A stretch of 64,000 nucleotides of DNA, from the NCBI GenBank assembly GCA_030141605.1, contig JAQGDQ010002375.1:248001-312000 (forward strand), given 5' to 3'. Position numbers and translations under genes: made by a program. The stretch's first letter is position 1; every line of letters begins with the position of its first letter. The stretch comes from Tubiluchus corallicola. Taxonomy: Eukaryota > Animalia > Priapulida. The notes below the pieces were generated by a model. That model did no database searches and had not been told where the DNA came from. It saw nothing but the letters and a program-made list of their open reading frames with translations. Positions 39,401-54,700 of this stretch are shown piece by piece.

Positions 39401-42400
39401 TCTTCTCCATTTGAATGAAGACCTTCATTTCACTTTTTAATGAAAAAATGTTTACCTATCATACTTATTTATCACTTAATAAAAAAGACAATAGAATTCT
39501 CAAGTTGTTATGTGGTGGCATCTAATGGACAGTAACAATAGTATGTAATGGCATTCTCTCACATATGCCATGTAAAGTGTAGAAAACACATTTCACTTTT
39601 CAAAGCATGGTCAAAAATTAGAACACAAAAGTGTTCAAAAAAGAAGTCTGTGGGGTATTAGACATGCCTGCACTTAAAGCCCAACATTGATACACAAATT
39701 ACAATAAATTTCAAAGACTGATTCAAGTCCTGGCAGGAAAAACATAGCCTCACCAGAAAAAGAAGCCAAAAATCCATTCAACTTATGTTTAATGCACAGT
39801 TTCTCTTACTAAATCTCATGACAGTAACTGGCAAAAAATCTGCAAAACAGTTTTTTATTGTTTTGATATCATTATACAGTAGGTGACGTTTATTAGACTC
39901 ACAGTTAATAAACTCAAAAACGTCTGGCGTGCCACTCCTATTCAAATGTATATAAAAACTTCAGCAATTGACTCAAATAACCCCGCATAATTGACTCGAT
40001 ATTTTTACTTCACGTACTTAAATAAGACACTTTTGTGTGATCAATGAGCTTTTACTGCATTTGTGTCATCTTAGTTAGCTTTTGTGCTCTATAATGTACA
40101 TAGAAACAATCACGTTAAGTACCGTTTTGTTTGTACGCATGTTTGTTTATCGTGCACTAACATACTAGGGTAGCGGTTTTGCTTTGAATTTGTTACATGC
40201 TCATCCACTGCAATTAACCTCGTTACCAAAGAATTTCTGGAAGCTAAACATTTAATTACCTGTCTAGTGGTTTCCTTTTGAAGCTCTGGTTGAAAATCAG
40301 GTTTTCATGCTTAATCAGTTAACAGTTAAAGATACAGGCATCATACAGATACAGTAACGATATAGATACATATAGGCAGCCTTTGCAGTGCATACTGAGC
40401 TGATGATTCATTCTTCTATACTAGTAATACTACTTCTGTCAATTAACAGGTTCAGTCAGTTAATTGGGTCAAAAGACTTCCGTCCCAAAGTGAGTCTATT
40501 AAGCAACGCCTACTGTATCAGACTATCACGTCTTCAAAGCTCTATACCTCGTTAGACGGCATGAGAAGAAAAGCAGATGCATCAACCATACTGTTAAGAT
40601 ACTTGTGCAAGTTTTGCAATGTAGATAGAGCTTCCTCATGGACAACATGGATAGAAGAGCCTGGCAAAATATCATGAAACTGCTGAAGAAGCAATGTTTC
40701 CCAAAGAAACACGGGAAAATGCTCACCTGTTCCCCTGAAAATTGAAGAAATTTAGTCACAAAGTCTGCTTAGTCCATAAAATCATTAGTATGAATTCATT
40801 ATCATTATCAAAATCTACAATTAGTTCATAATGATTCATACACCAATAATTACATGAAGTGGTAAGTGTATCAGACTTACAGATAAAATGAAACGATTTT
40901 TCAAATCAAATATCTTCTTCACGAAAAGCTATAATATGCATGTTTTATTCTCACAGTGGCAGAATATCATTGTGGCGGGACCAAACCCTAGCTCATTACC
41001 AATGATAATCGTCTAATCATATAAGAAACCTTTTGTTTGATATGTGACAAAACATACAGAAAAATTAATAGAGCAAGAAACATAATCAATGGACTGCATC
41101 GTTTATAGTTTTCAGTTCCTTCAATAATTTTTTGTAAATAGTTGAAAAGTAAATGGCAAATATTGCTCCGCCATGCCATAATAGTAAATATATAATTATG
41201 CCTCTGTCAAATGTTCTGGATGCACAAAAAACTACTGAACTTTTAAAAATGTGTCAGAAACTCAGAAGCCAAAGTTCGACATTGCCGATAACCTTGGTTA
41301 AGAATAACTCTTTCACTCCTCTAGCAAATAAAAATTTAAAGTTTCGTCTGCATAAAAAACTCAGTATTTTTGTAGATTCAAGCAAAACGTTTGAATGTAC
41401 AAACAAATGGATAAATGATGTTGTTTACTTGATGTATAAGTGACAAGTATATTGGAGACAGTATGTTATTAAATACATGCAAGCGTCACAAACACTTACA
41501 CATTCATTTCCTCATCGGCATCATGCCACCTATGTGTAGTTAATGCCACCATAGCATACAAAAATTCCAGTTTTTGCAGCAAGAATTCACACTGTCTATT
41601 TAACTGTTTTAACTGAAACACAAGGGAAGCATTTAATGAATTATAGTTAAGTGGAGTTTATGGGACATTCGGAACCCACTATGCGTTACGGCGTCTTTCC
41701 ATCGTTTTCATTGAACCCGTGCATCACATCATCAGGCCTGCGCTATTGCGTTAATTTTTGCGACTATTCTTAATGACTTTTTATACACAGCGGGATATGA
41801 AATAACACACAAGGCATAATTAATGCATTCCAGATGTCTGGTAAATGAACCTTAATTCAGTCTCAATCAGCAGAAATGGTATAATTCTGTGATCAGAAGT
41901 TTTAGCACCTGTTAACATGTTAACAGTGATTAAATGTCTCGCTATAAATTTAGCTATATTTGCTATGTGGGCTGTGGTGAACAACAGTTAATTTTTAATA
42001 TCAAAAACTGTTATTAATAGAAGCATTTTTGATGAATCATACTTGAAAATTTGGCGACATTGCTAGATGTGCTAATCACTGCAAAATATTGAGCTACATG
42101 GAAGAAAAAACTGAAATAAAGTAACTTAAATAAAATCTGCAAACACATTATACGATGTTTGTTTGTGCTTCATAAATAATGATTTGAAAGTGGCACTATA
42201 ATTGTATGTCAACCATGTGTAGTGCTGAGTTAATTAATCGACATAAGTCTAATTAAAAACTGAAGTATACATAGAGAGTGTCATTTAACATATTCAATGT
42301 TTATATTTGACGTAACTATCTATGAAATACCCTAGACTCTTAAATATCAGAAATATTTATTAAAAAGAACCTTCTGCTGACAAGACGTTTCTTGAGTTAA

Positions 42401-45400
42401 AATACATCGTTAAATCAAATAAGGCAAATTAGTTTTATTATTTTTAATTTGTTACTGCAAGAGTTTAAAATAGTAAAATGGTGAATAAAAATAACGACAA
42501 AAATGTCAGCTGTAACTAATGTTTATTGTGTTATCCAGCATTATTGTTAAAAACTCCAGTTAAAGTTAGAACAAAAGATGAAAAATGAATTTTACTGACA
42601 ACAAGATTTGTTCTAGTTGTGAATTTTTGGAAGTTGTTTTCATGTAAAAACGAAATTGTGCTAAAATGAATGTACAAAATAAACTGTAGACACTAAAGAA
42701 AAAAATGATCTTACTTTTGCCTGGGTAGTATAAGTACCTTGGTGTAACTCCAGGTATAATTCACCAACCCATGTGCACAATGATTTAGAATGCTTTTTTA
42801 ACTCATCAAAGAACAGAACGGGTGTAGAAGTTTTAACTCTGAAATGCAGATTTGTTATTGTATCATGAATTATACCATCATTAGATCATCAAAATCAATA
42901 ATATTCTGTTCAACACATTGAGCAGATTACATAAAGATTAAAATTATTTTTGCACAAAATACGTATGATCAGTGAAAATAAAAATCGATGATCTCAGAAA
43001 TATTTTTATAGCAAATGAAAATAAAATTAAATCTTTGAGAAAATGTAAGACAAATTTCCGGCAAAAGAGGTTTCAATTTTTCTAGGTTTAAATTTTTAAG
43101 TTGACAACACAAGCAGTTCAGAAACACAATTCAAATTCAAAAAACTCTTGATATAAATAATAAACAAAGCGAGTCTTATCAATTTTATGACTAGTAGAGG
43201 TGCAACATTCTTGCGGTTTTTCAAATTTAATATTGCTTTCACGTGATTATAAGATCCAGTTTCATCCCTAAAGGTTATAGCTTAAAATATCTCAGAAAAA
43301 CACAGAACGTTATAGTAGATATTGAGCTTATTGACCTACATTTAATGACTTTCACAATTTAATAAAAAAGACTGATATTAATTCTTTCCAAAATTCTGTA
43401 AATTCTTTGCAAAAGCTGTACTTTGTACCTCTTTCCTAAAAATCTGACATCAGTTGAGCTGATAACTAATATAGTAACGAATAAACAATCAGTATTTTAA
43501 TAACTGTGTTAGCGACGATCAGTACTAAGAAGTCTTAAAACAATCTGGAAAGGATAAACACGGAAAGGCTAAATACTGCTGTCACTAGTGCATTTCAAAA
43601 TAAGCATCCACTGTTACAAACACTATTTAACGTTACTACTGTATTGCAGTAAATTAGTGCACAACACAGGAAGTACTCTTTTACATGTGTGCAATTTCAA
43701 TGACATTTAACTACTATATACAGCGAGAGACTACTTTTATAAAGACCAGTATTACTCAATAAGCCTTTTCACAGTGAAAAGATCAAAGATTAAGCATACC
43801 AGATAATGCATGTGTGTAGACTTGTCAATGCCTCGCAGCCCATGCTGTTGTAATACCAACAGTTTTAACAGCTAGCTAGAACTTTACTTAGTTCATTATT
43901 TATTGTTCCTAAGCAAGCTCCTGCTAGTAAATCACTCAATACACATACTAATTCATAATTAAGTAAAGTCCACATAAAAAAACTGAAGTTACTGAGCAGA
44001 AGCAAGCAAACAGCTTTGCTTTACTCACACGTCACGTGACAGCTGTTGTCAACACGCATTGCTGTGGTACACTTAACCTTTTACCTGCAGCAACTGTGCA
44101 TGTGAGCAACTGCTCACCGGTTTGCTGTTGAAGCTCCCACTGCTTTTCGCAGGGGAAACAAGGTCATCACCAACTGCAGCTCAACTAGTTGTCTCGGTAT
44201 TATGGGTGAACATGCATAGCACAGAGCAACAGATTATTAATGTTTTTATCAATATGAGAATTTCATAAACCAACTTCCTCGTGAAGAAATGAAGCAACTG
44301 AGCTTGCACAAATTTTTGTAATTTTTAGTGGTAATAATCAGATTCTTATTTTCCTTTTTTATTTATTTGCTTATATAAATTAGTGTTCTTAAATAACTGC
44401 ACATAATACTTTTGACATTAATTCGTTTCTAAAATTTATTTAAAGCTTTGTAGTGCATATTATAAGTGCGATGACTCATACTTCTACAATACTAATATGC
44501 TACACCCATAAGGTAATAGAATCAGGCAGTTAATTGTGTCAAAACACATCCATCCCAAAGTGAGTCTATTAAGCAGTGCCAACTTTATTTTAGGTTACTG
44601 CTAATTTACTAACTTAGAAGAAGAGCAGTGATGTGTTCTAAGAACTGTGCTTTCTATACACAGCTTTTTGTGGAATACTAACAACATTTCTTACAATTTC
44701 AACAAAAAATCTGTCTGTCAACAATATGGTTGTTTTCTTACACCTCAAGCTAACAGCAGGTCAGAGTGCTGTCAGCCTGCCAGGCACACATACCTTGGTA
44801 AACCATCAATATCTTTCATGCGCAAAATTCTTTGTACCATGTCCTCCCTAAAATTAAAAGTGTTATCAGAATTAGCTTATTTAAGTAATCATGGTGCAAA
44901 AATATTAGAAAATGAAGTAGCACAGATCTTTTGAATTGGCAGTAAAATACTAACAAAATGTTGATTTATATCATGTTATGTCTTGGACTTTTGCTATAGT
45001 ATGGACTTCGAATTCCAACTGGTACTACTAGCACAGCTCTACTAGCCTCGAGAGTAAATATCTGAATCCGAAAAGTTAAACGCCCTTGTTTTTCAATGGT
45101 TAGAACAGCTGCCAGAAAAGTAGAAAAGTCTCGGGTTCGTGGACCAGTGGAGGAGAAAAATCTGTCAGACTTTCTATTTTACTATTGTCTTTGTGAGAAT
45201 TCATCAAATTTCTGCAGTCTGCGATGCCTATTTCCAAGATGACCAAGAATATATACTAACTGCTGTTATATAAGTAATGCAAGCGATAAAAAAAAATTAC
45301 TTACTTATTGAAGTACAATGTTTGCAGTGCACCGCTCTTTAATATCTAACTAGCACTTTACTTTACTGTTATCATGAATACGTCATTAACTATAAGCCTA

Positions 45401-48400
45401 AAATAAAGGGGAAAATAACATGCTAACATATCACACTGAAAAAACATGAATAACTGACGGTTCGGACACAGCCTTGGTCAGCTGAATGTGGTCCAGTGAA
45501 AATCCAGTGACAAAGAAAGAGTTGACTGCACTTACAATGATGCAGCCAGGTACAGGGACTTAAATGAAGCTGGGTGAAATTAAGGATGAATGAAAGACAC
45601 AGCAAATACAAATAAACACTTACGTTGGTCCACCTCCACCATCACCATAACCATACAGCATTATACTGCAGTCAAATCTACCCTTGTCTTTATTGTTTTG
45701 CGCACATTTTAGTACCTAAAACATAATTATATAAGTTCACCAATATTAGCACAAATAATGTGAAAAATAACTAAAAACAGAAGTATTTTTGAAAAAAGTA
45801 ACTTGAAGAGTAACTGTAAATAATAAAAGCTGATAATAATAATTTCATGATATAACAGTTATCTCCACCAACTTTTTCTTGATTTCAATACAGGTAAGCA
45901 GAATTTTTTTCAAAAGTAAATTTTCACTGTAGTTAAGAAAGTTGAACTAAGTCTGAAGCTGAGTACAGAAAGTCATTGCTTAACAACACTGATATAGCAA
46001 AGTAGGGTACAAATTAAAATGTCATTAAAGGAAACTGTGCCTTATATAGAAAATAATGTAAAGAGATCTGTTCAGGTGTCAAATTCAGCAATAATTAGTT
46101 GATATGATATAACAATTAATCACTGTTTTAAAATGCTAAAATTCATATATTCTTGTTTATTAATTAATACATGATGAGGATTAGTCGAGTGGTCATTGTG
46201 TGGGCTCAACAACCAAACTTAAACAACACTGAGTTTGGCAATTAAATAGATGGGTGACTAGTGAGACAGCTACTGTTGCACTTTTATCTGCCATACTGCA
46301 CCAGCTGTTTACATTAGTAATCTTTGACCAACTTCATTTAAATAACTGAAAAAAGTTGTATGGAGAGCACATTAAACAGCAAAATAAAGTTGATTACTGC
46401 ATCTTGCAAATTTTAGGAAAATGAATGCATCCATGTGTAAACACATTGCACAGGCAGTGCAGAATGAAGTATACAGAAAGTATAAAATATTATGGAGCTA
46501 CAATTATGTTATAGTATTAAAAAGTTATCTTACGTCTTCCACTTTTGCTTCCATACCATAACTATCTCCAGGTGGAAAGTGCAAGTAGACATTAGAGCCA
46601 TCTATACCTTGCCAGATGAAACTGTTGTGCTGAAAGATTATCAAAATTAACGAAGCTCCTCAAAATATATTGCAGAGTTTATTACAACTGTATTCATATT
46701 CCCATATTCCAAATGCAGCCAAAATTAGGGAATTTGCACAAAAAATTGTTTTCATTTTGCTACGAAAGCAAATAATTTATGGCGCTACAGCAATGCGAAC
46801 CGTACAGTTTTCAAGCTTTCAACAACTGATTGACAGTAATCGATAACGACATCAAATTTTCAATTAATTGATGTTTTTACAGCAATGAAATTACTACCAA
46901 TTATTGGTCAGCCTAAAAAATAATTAGAAAAATATAAAAGGACTCAATAGTAAAAATTTGACAATAAAAAATATTATAATTCTTTCACAAAATTTGGAAA
47001 GAAAAGAAATAATTGCATCAAATTTTATGCATCTAATCGGGTTTGGGAAAAAATTATTTGCTTTCGCAAGGAATCTACCATACTGCCAAATATGATAATT
47101 CATAAACATAAATTTTAGATCATTGCCTACTTTTTTGGTGTCTAAACTGCTCACTCCAATTTTGTTGTCAGCAATTATTTCAGTTACAATTAAAACGGCC
47201 AACAAAATTTATGGCAATTTGTCTGAAGTATAATAAGGGAACAACAGCTAGTTTTATTACACACCAATTTGATAAAATTTGTAAAAGATTGTAAAAAATT
47301 CTGCTAATTGCCAGAACAATGTCACATGACCAATCACAATGACTTTTGCAGAATGCCGAATGTGCAAGTTCAAGCTCAAGGAAAGGTGTAACAATGGTCT
47401 GTTAATTATAAATTGTTAATTACAAATTATAGTTGTGAATAATAAAAGAAATAATGCCTAGTTTTTCAGACAGCAGTGCATTTATTACCAACAGGATTGT
47501 CACTAGCAGCACTAATTCCCTCAATTTAAATTATTTGTATAATATTACACTCACCAATTTTAATTAGTAAACTTTAGAAGATACTACAAACTTACTGGGA
47601 ATGTATTGACTAGATTCCAGCTAATCTTTTGTGTAAGGAAGCATTCAATTCCCGCAAGTCGAATGATTTGTGGCAATTGGGCTGAATAACCAAATGTGTC
47701 TGGTAACCAAAACTGAAAATTTTTCAAATATTCAAGCATATTAGTGTAGCCAATTAGCACAATTTTCAAATATTTAAAGGGCTAAAATATAAAAAAAATT
47801 GTGGTACATTTATATCACTGTACTATGATAGTAATAGGACAAAACGCAATATTTACAATATATTTGTCAGTTGAAAAATTTGGGAAAGTACTGCTTCCCA
47901 CAAAATTACAGATTTACAAGATTCTGTACCATTGAACAAAGTCAGCACAGGTATTCACTGTATCTGGATTTACAACAAGTAGATATTATAAGTGCCTTAC
48001 GACATCACACTTTTTTCCAAATTCTTTTTCAAAGAATCTTTGCCCATATACAAACTGTCGAATGAATGACTCGCCGCTTGGTATGTTGCCATCCTATAAT
48101 AAACCAGAAAATTTACCAACAAATTTATGTATGAGCTGAAATATAATCAGTGACACATCTTCTAAAGTAGGAAATGGTCAAATCTAGTGACAAATCAATT
48201 AATGGGATCTCTCACCCATTTTGACAAAAAACCTAGTAAGTCCATTTTTGGCAGAACTTAATTATCAAATCAGGAAAACTGGCATTCATAATATCATGCT
48301 ACATCTTACCACCAAATGATTTGATGATCTGAAACTTAGTAAGCAAGTTATTATCAACTTAAAAAACCTAACATCCATTTCACGCACAAATTTTCAGACA

Positions 48401-51400
48401 AACTTAGTAGTCCACAGGAGTGTTCTTTTTAGCAAATCAAGAGGCATGTTACAATTATGCACTCAGGAGCTACTATACTAAGTCAGGCAGGCTTTTCAAC
48501 TCTTTACAGGCAATGGGGTGATATATGTAACCCTATAATTGCGACAGTTTGCAGTGCTCCTGCATATCTGATGGCTTTAGCAATAGTTTGCATGACAACT
48601 CCATCTGGACGGAGGAGCCTAACATGTTCTGCTTTCTGAAAACAGCCAGCAAGTACAGAATGCATATTTGTAGTTCCACTTCAGTGCAGCCTATAGGTTC
48701 AATAATTTAAAAGTACATTAATTAAATATTTCTGTCTTTCTCTTACAAAATAATTGAGCACATTTTATCGTGCATTCATCCCAAATTTAAGGTAATCCAT
48801 TAAACCAGTGCTTCGTGGCAAAAGGCAACAGTTTTCCCATTTTCTCAAAACTAGTTCAAGTGAACTAACTAGGTATTTCCAGAAAACGGCAGGTGCCTCC
48901 TTGAGTCCTGAAGTTTAAACAGCAGAACTATTCAGTCTTTGGCCAAATGCTTTAGTTTTAAGCAACAGCTAAATAATATAATAAATGTCAGATTAAATTC
49001 CAAAATATGTTTCTATTAGTTGTCAATGCACATTAAACACTGCATAGCAAAACCTCATTTTATACAATGCTTTGAATGACTATTTTTACAAATGTGAACA
49101 AAAATGGGAAATTTCTAACGTAATAGCCAGTGTCACTGTTTGTTTAGTAAAACAGATTTTTGTAAATGTTTTGGTAATTTAAACTCTTTTTGAATTATCA
49201 CATTTTATTAAACTTCTATGAAAGGCCATTTATGAGGAATGCACTCGGGTACATAGTACAGACAAATTGTGACATTCTGTACCTGTGAATTTGTGCACTG
49301 TTGCAGCTTGATGATGTGCAGAATGTAGCACAGAACAAAAGTAACATCTTACCATTTCTACCCAAGTGCCACCTACTGGAATGAATTTTCCAAGAGAAAC
49401 GAAGTGTTTGATTTTCTCGTACAAAGGAGGATACTCCTGCTTTATCCAACTCAATTGCTGAGCCTAAAAATTATACAGTATTGATTTACTAGGGTATATA
49501 AGAAACACAGGCACACCCAACTTGTGGTCAGCTAGTGGTTATCATTAACTAAAGTGGACAGTAACACAAATGTCAGAAGAGAAGCAGAACAATGAAAACC
49601 TACCATAAGTACAAAAACTATTTTGAGGCATTTAACAAAATTGATTTTTTAGTTGCATCGATGAAAATAGCCATCAGGGAAGTTATATGTTAAACACTAT
49701 TAGCTAGCAAACTGATTTCCTTATATCATTAACAAACAAAAAATACCTATGAACATGTGTAAACAATGAGCAAATAAAAAAATAAATACCTCTGTGAACA
49801 CATGAAAATAACGAGCAAATAAAAATGTACCTGTGAATATATGAAAATAATGAATAAACAAAAAACCACATGTGAACATGTGAAAATAATAAACAAACAA
49901 AAATGCACTTGTGAATATATGAAAATAATGAATAAACAAAAAACCACATGTGAACATGTGAAAATAATAAACAATAAAAATATCTGTGAAGAGATGTAAA
50001 TAATGAGCAAACAAGAAGAACGCGTGAACATGTGAAAATAATAAACAAACAAAAATACCTGTGAAGAGATGTAAATAATGAGCAAACAAAAAGCAAATGT
50101 GAACATGTGTAAAAAATTAGCAAACAAAAAAACACCTGTGAACACGTGAAGGTAAAATCATCATATTGTTCCATCAGTTTGACCACTGATGACCAGCTTC
50201 GAGCACATTTTCTCTTTGTTTCACTTATTGGCCATAACCATGCTAAATTAGATTTAAGCAAAAAACACAGAAATTTGAATAAAACTACATTAACAGTAAC
50301 GCTCAAGTAGGCAAATTTTAGTTACATCCTAAACTATAACAGGGCTGATTTAAAAGTATTGTGCAATAACACAATCCATAAGTAAAATTAGATCACAATT
50401 CCAAGCAGCAGCAGCAGCATATAGTGCACATCCTAGATACTATGTTAATACTATTAAACCAAACAGAGTTCCATATGGTTGTTTTACTGGTTTGCAAATT
50501 CACTGCTTCTACTGATGCAAAAAAATTACTTCCTTACTGCGAGACTTCATTAATACCAATAATGGCAAATTGCGTGACTATTGAGAACACTGACGGCTCG
50601 TGTATAGGTACTGTGGAACTGCAGAACTTGTTGACTCGATATTATCGATAATATTCAATACAAGTCTTTCTTTAGTTGTTTCTTTGTACTTGTACGGTGT
50701 ACGGCCCAGAGCACATAAGGGTAGTACTGTTTGTTGTCAGCCCAGCACAGTGCGCTTCAGCTGTGTTTGGCTGTTGTGCGCATGCGGCCATGCACACGTC
50801 TGAGCCCAGGTAGAGAAAGTATTGTCACTCACACAGTTTGTTGTCAGTTGTCACGTGCTTAAAAACCGTGTACCGGCATATTCTTAAACTGTGGCAGTTT
50901 AGGCTATTTGTCAACAAAAAATTTTTTGTTTAGGATTTTATCAAGTTTATATATAAATGTTCGTATGTTTGTTTGTTTAAGATTACAATTACAAATTACA
51001 ACATTAAAATTACATATATTTGTTTCGTTTTACACAGTACTAAAACAATGACTAAAAATTTTCTGAAGTAGCACCCCCACCAATTTTAACTACGCTACTG
51101 ATCGATAATTGTCTTTACTATTGGCAACAGTCTTAACGATCAGCTATTGTACATAGCGAAATTTTGGCACTGTTTACCATTGCTCTTTTTTCTCTATGTT
51201 TCAGTTCGCTATTTTTACATCACGAAAAATGCTCAAACAAAAAAAAATTGACAAAAAACAGTAGCATTAAATAGACGAAAACAAGAACCTAAAAATTTAA
51301 AGAATAAACCAATGAAATAATAATATTTTTCGGTACCAGTTATAACCAAAGGAACTCCATGGTGTAGTTTTAGTGTTAATATGTTAATATCTTGTTAATT

Positions 51401-51547
51401 ATGTTAATAAGCAGCTACCTGTATCTATGTGACAGTGACCCATAGCATGAACAACATGCTGGAGATCTCCATTTCTACTATCAAAGAATTTTGTTCCCAA
51501 CTCTCTTGCCCTATAAACAAACATTTTCATATTGAAGAGAGAGAGAG

Positions 51548-51612
<65 letters not shown>

Positions 51613-51624
51613 AAGAGAGAGACA

Positions 51625-51662
<38 letters not shown>

Positions 51663-51671
51663 AGACAGAGA

Positions 51672-51708
<37 letters not shown>

Positions 51709-54700
51709 GAGAGAAAGGAAGAAACATCAAAAACATACATAAAAAGGCAAAAACAACGAGAGTAGAATTTTTCATACACTTAAATATGGATCAATACATC
51801 CGTAGTACCAGGTATAATTTTGTGACAAAGTGCTGCATAAGCACAATCAGTTTAGATAGAGACCGAAACTTTAATGTGTTCATCAATTTACGTGCAGCAC
51901 AGCTATGTATTGCAATACATTAATAATTTAAAGAAGTTTATTTGACTAATAAAAGCAAACTATACAAAAACACCCCACTAGATGGCTCTGGTGGGAAGAA
52001 GCATTTTTAAAAGTCCAAGCCAATCATGTTCATGGACAATGGCAAAAGAAAATATCAAAACAAAAATATTTTATGAGGACACTCTATTCATCAAATAGTA
52101 ATTGGCACTAAACTACGAAATGTTTTAATATTTGTTAATGAAAAAGCTTGAGCTTTAGTAAAGCAAAGCAGAAAGTAAAAAGTGGACCAAGTATACAACT
52201 TTAAAAATAACATAATGATAATGCATTTTATACTACACCATTTGCAAAAACTGCAAATCAAGAATGTTAAGGTAATTAGTAAAATTAGACAACGTTATTA
52301 ACTTAGATTTTGGCATGCTCAATAGACAGTACTATTTCATACAAGTAAACTGACAGTTTACCAATGTTATTAAGAACGTACAGCTTAAAAGTTGCTGGCT
52401 TGGAAGTATCACAGGCATTTATCATTTCGTTTGCCAAATACAGAGCTTTGTAGCCACGGCAGTCATCTTCTGACAGGTTCTGAAAAAGTGCACAAAGTTA
52501 CGCGAATACAAAAACAATAAGTTATACTTTAAATGGACAGTTAAATATCCAACAAACAAAAGCTCAAATTATGTTAAATGCAAACACAAAAGCTGAAGCT
52601 ACTAAACCAAATTTAACTACTTAAATTACATATAAGCTTTCCAAAAATGTGGCCCTTCTGTGTAAATGGTAACAACCAACAGTATTTATACAAGCACAGG
52701 TACACGAAAACACACTGTAGTTAGTATACCAGAGACTATTATATCCATAACACTTTACATGAATAGGGCTGCCAGATTAGAAAATTAGAAGTACAAGACG
52801 CTTAAAATTTCTCTCTATATTACTATACATATACAAATTCATACATGCCTCCACACCCAGAACCAATATATTGGATAAAAGTAGAGACATAAGTTAAAAA
52901 CATAAAGCAAGTTGCAAACATGCAGCAAACATGTCAGTTTTATGTAAACTTCTAGCAACACTAGTTTCCTCATTACATTTGGCTTATTTTCATCAAGAGA
53001 ATCTGAGAAAAGAAAGTATAATTACTTTTGAAGTTACATTTAAGAACAGTAAAGAGGTAGCAAAAATGTATTTTATTATTAAATTTGAAAATGAACTAAA
53101 TACTAGACATTTGGGTGTCCCCGAAAAGTCAGTATGGGACAAGGGATATATCAAATATGGGATAATTTATCCGTATATAAGGGACGTCTGGCAACCCTAT
53201 ACATACATAATGGCCACGTACTGTATTTGGTAGTAAAAAAATTAGTAAGCAATTCAAAACTACCAAAACGAAGTGCGAATTAACAAAAATAACCTGCTTA
53301 TCACCAATTACTTTGTACTGTTGCCGCAAAAAGTATGATAGCAAATCAAACTCTAATCAAAAACCAAAATTTGCAAGGCTGAGCACTGCACACCAGTGTG
53401 ATAAATTACTGTACATACTACACATATTCAAGCAAAAGCTGCTCACTCAGTGCACTACAGAATCATAAAATTAATAATTGTTTCCTTTAACAATTTAATC
53501 TTAAAGACAATCTGCAGTAGTAGCAGCAAAAATAGACAATTTATTTGGACTTTTTAAACATAAAATCTTCTACATTCAGTATAGCAAACATATAATGTCA
53601 TGGATATTACTAAACCGTACTTTTGCCAAGCCATAAAGTATTTCTAAGTCTCGGATCAAATGACTAGCTTCTCTATCAAACACAGCAATTTCAGCAAATG
53701 TTATTGTATACATGCGATCTGGATTTGGAGGCGAAATGAGTCCATCACCAGCACCAAACAAATCATTGCAAGCCATCTCTATGTACAACTCATGACTGAA
53801 ATTAAACAAAATTGCTTTTAACGAATACAACATTTAAAACTTATTCAGTTAAACTCGTTAACTGTTTATCCAAAAATATTATTCTCTTTCTACGTAAATT
53901 TATCTCACTATTAAACTAGTCAATAATAATAGTTTTTAAAGAGAAGAAATAATGAACACTTCCAGAATGGATCAGATAAATAAATTATTATAATTCAAAA
54001 ACAGCCCTTCGTATGTACATAATACTTATGAAACAAGTGGAACGCAGTAGTGTTCAGTGTTCGTTTATTACTACAATCAAACCTCTTTATACCGCCCACT
54101 TTGGGACTTAGCGAATTTGGCATTATAACTAGGTACATAAATATATACATAGTTAAGCAAATACAGACATTTTGGTTTGCCAAAAATGTGGGTGTTAAGC
54201 CAGGTTGGTACTATAAAGGGGTGGGGCATTAGAATAATGTTTGACTGTATACATACTGTTGCTAAAACACTATGAATAGTTTTTCGACAGTCTTTCAAGC
54301 GATATTTAATTTACTAGTAGCTCACTGACACTAATGTAATGCACATTCAGAAAACCCGTGTAACAAACAATAATAATAATCTTTGAAAATTGCACTCAAT
54401 TAAAACTTTAGGGTTGCAGAAAATTAAGCTGCAAAAAATGTTTTTTATCTGCAGGTAATACTTAATAGTTACGTAATACTACAATTGATAAGTGTAACAT
54501 TTTAGTGTTCAGCCACTATTTACGATTTTATATACTGTTATTAATCATTTGCAAGATTAAATTACAGAAAGTTTAAAGTTAAAGAAAGTTTCTTAAGTGA
54601 TGACCAACTTTATTAGTAGCTTATTAGCAAGCTGTGCTCTTGTAATGGTTGAGAACCCGTATGCAACAAAAATATGTGCTATAAATGAGATAGTCTCCAT

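Noticed and set aside
49704-50306. 200-aa hydrophobic ORF and overlapping ORFs
   Set aside because: A stop-free minisatellite adjoining a MAN2C1 exon, not an independent membrane-protein gene.
51399-51923. ER/CV/SL/TH-repeat ORFs
   Set aside because: Artefacts of the (GA)n/(GT)n microsatellite; only 51419-51510 is coding.
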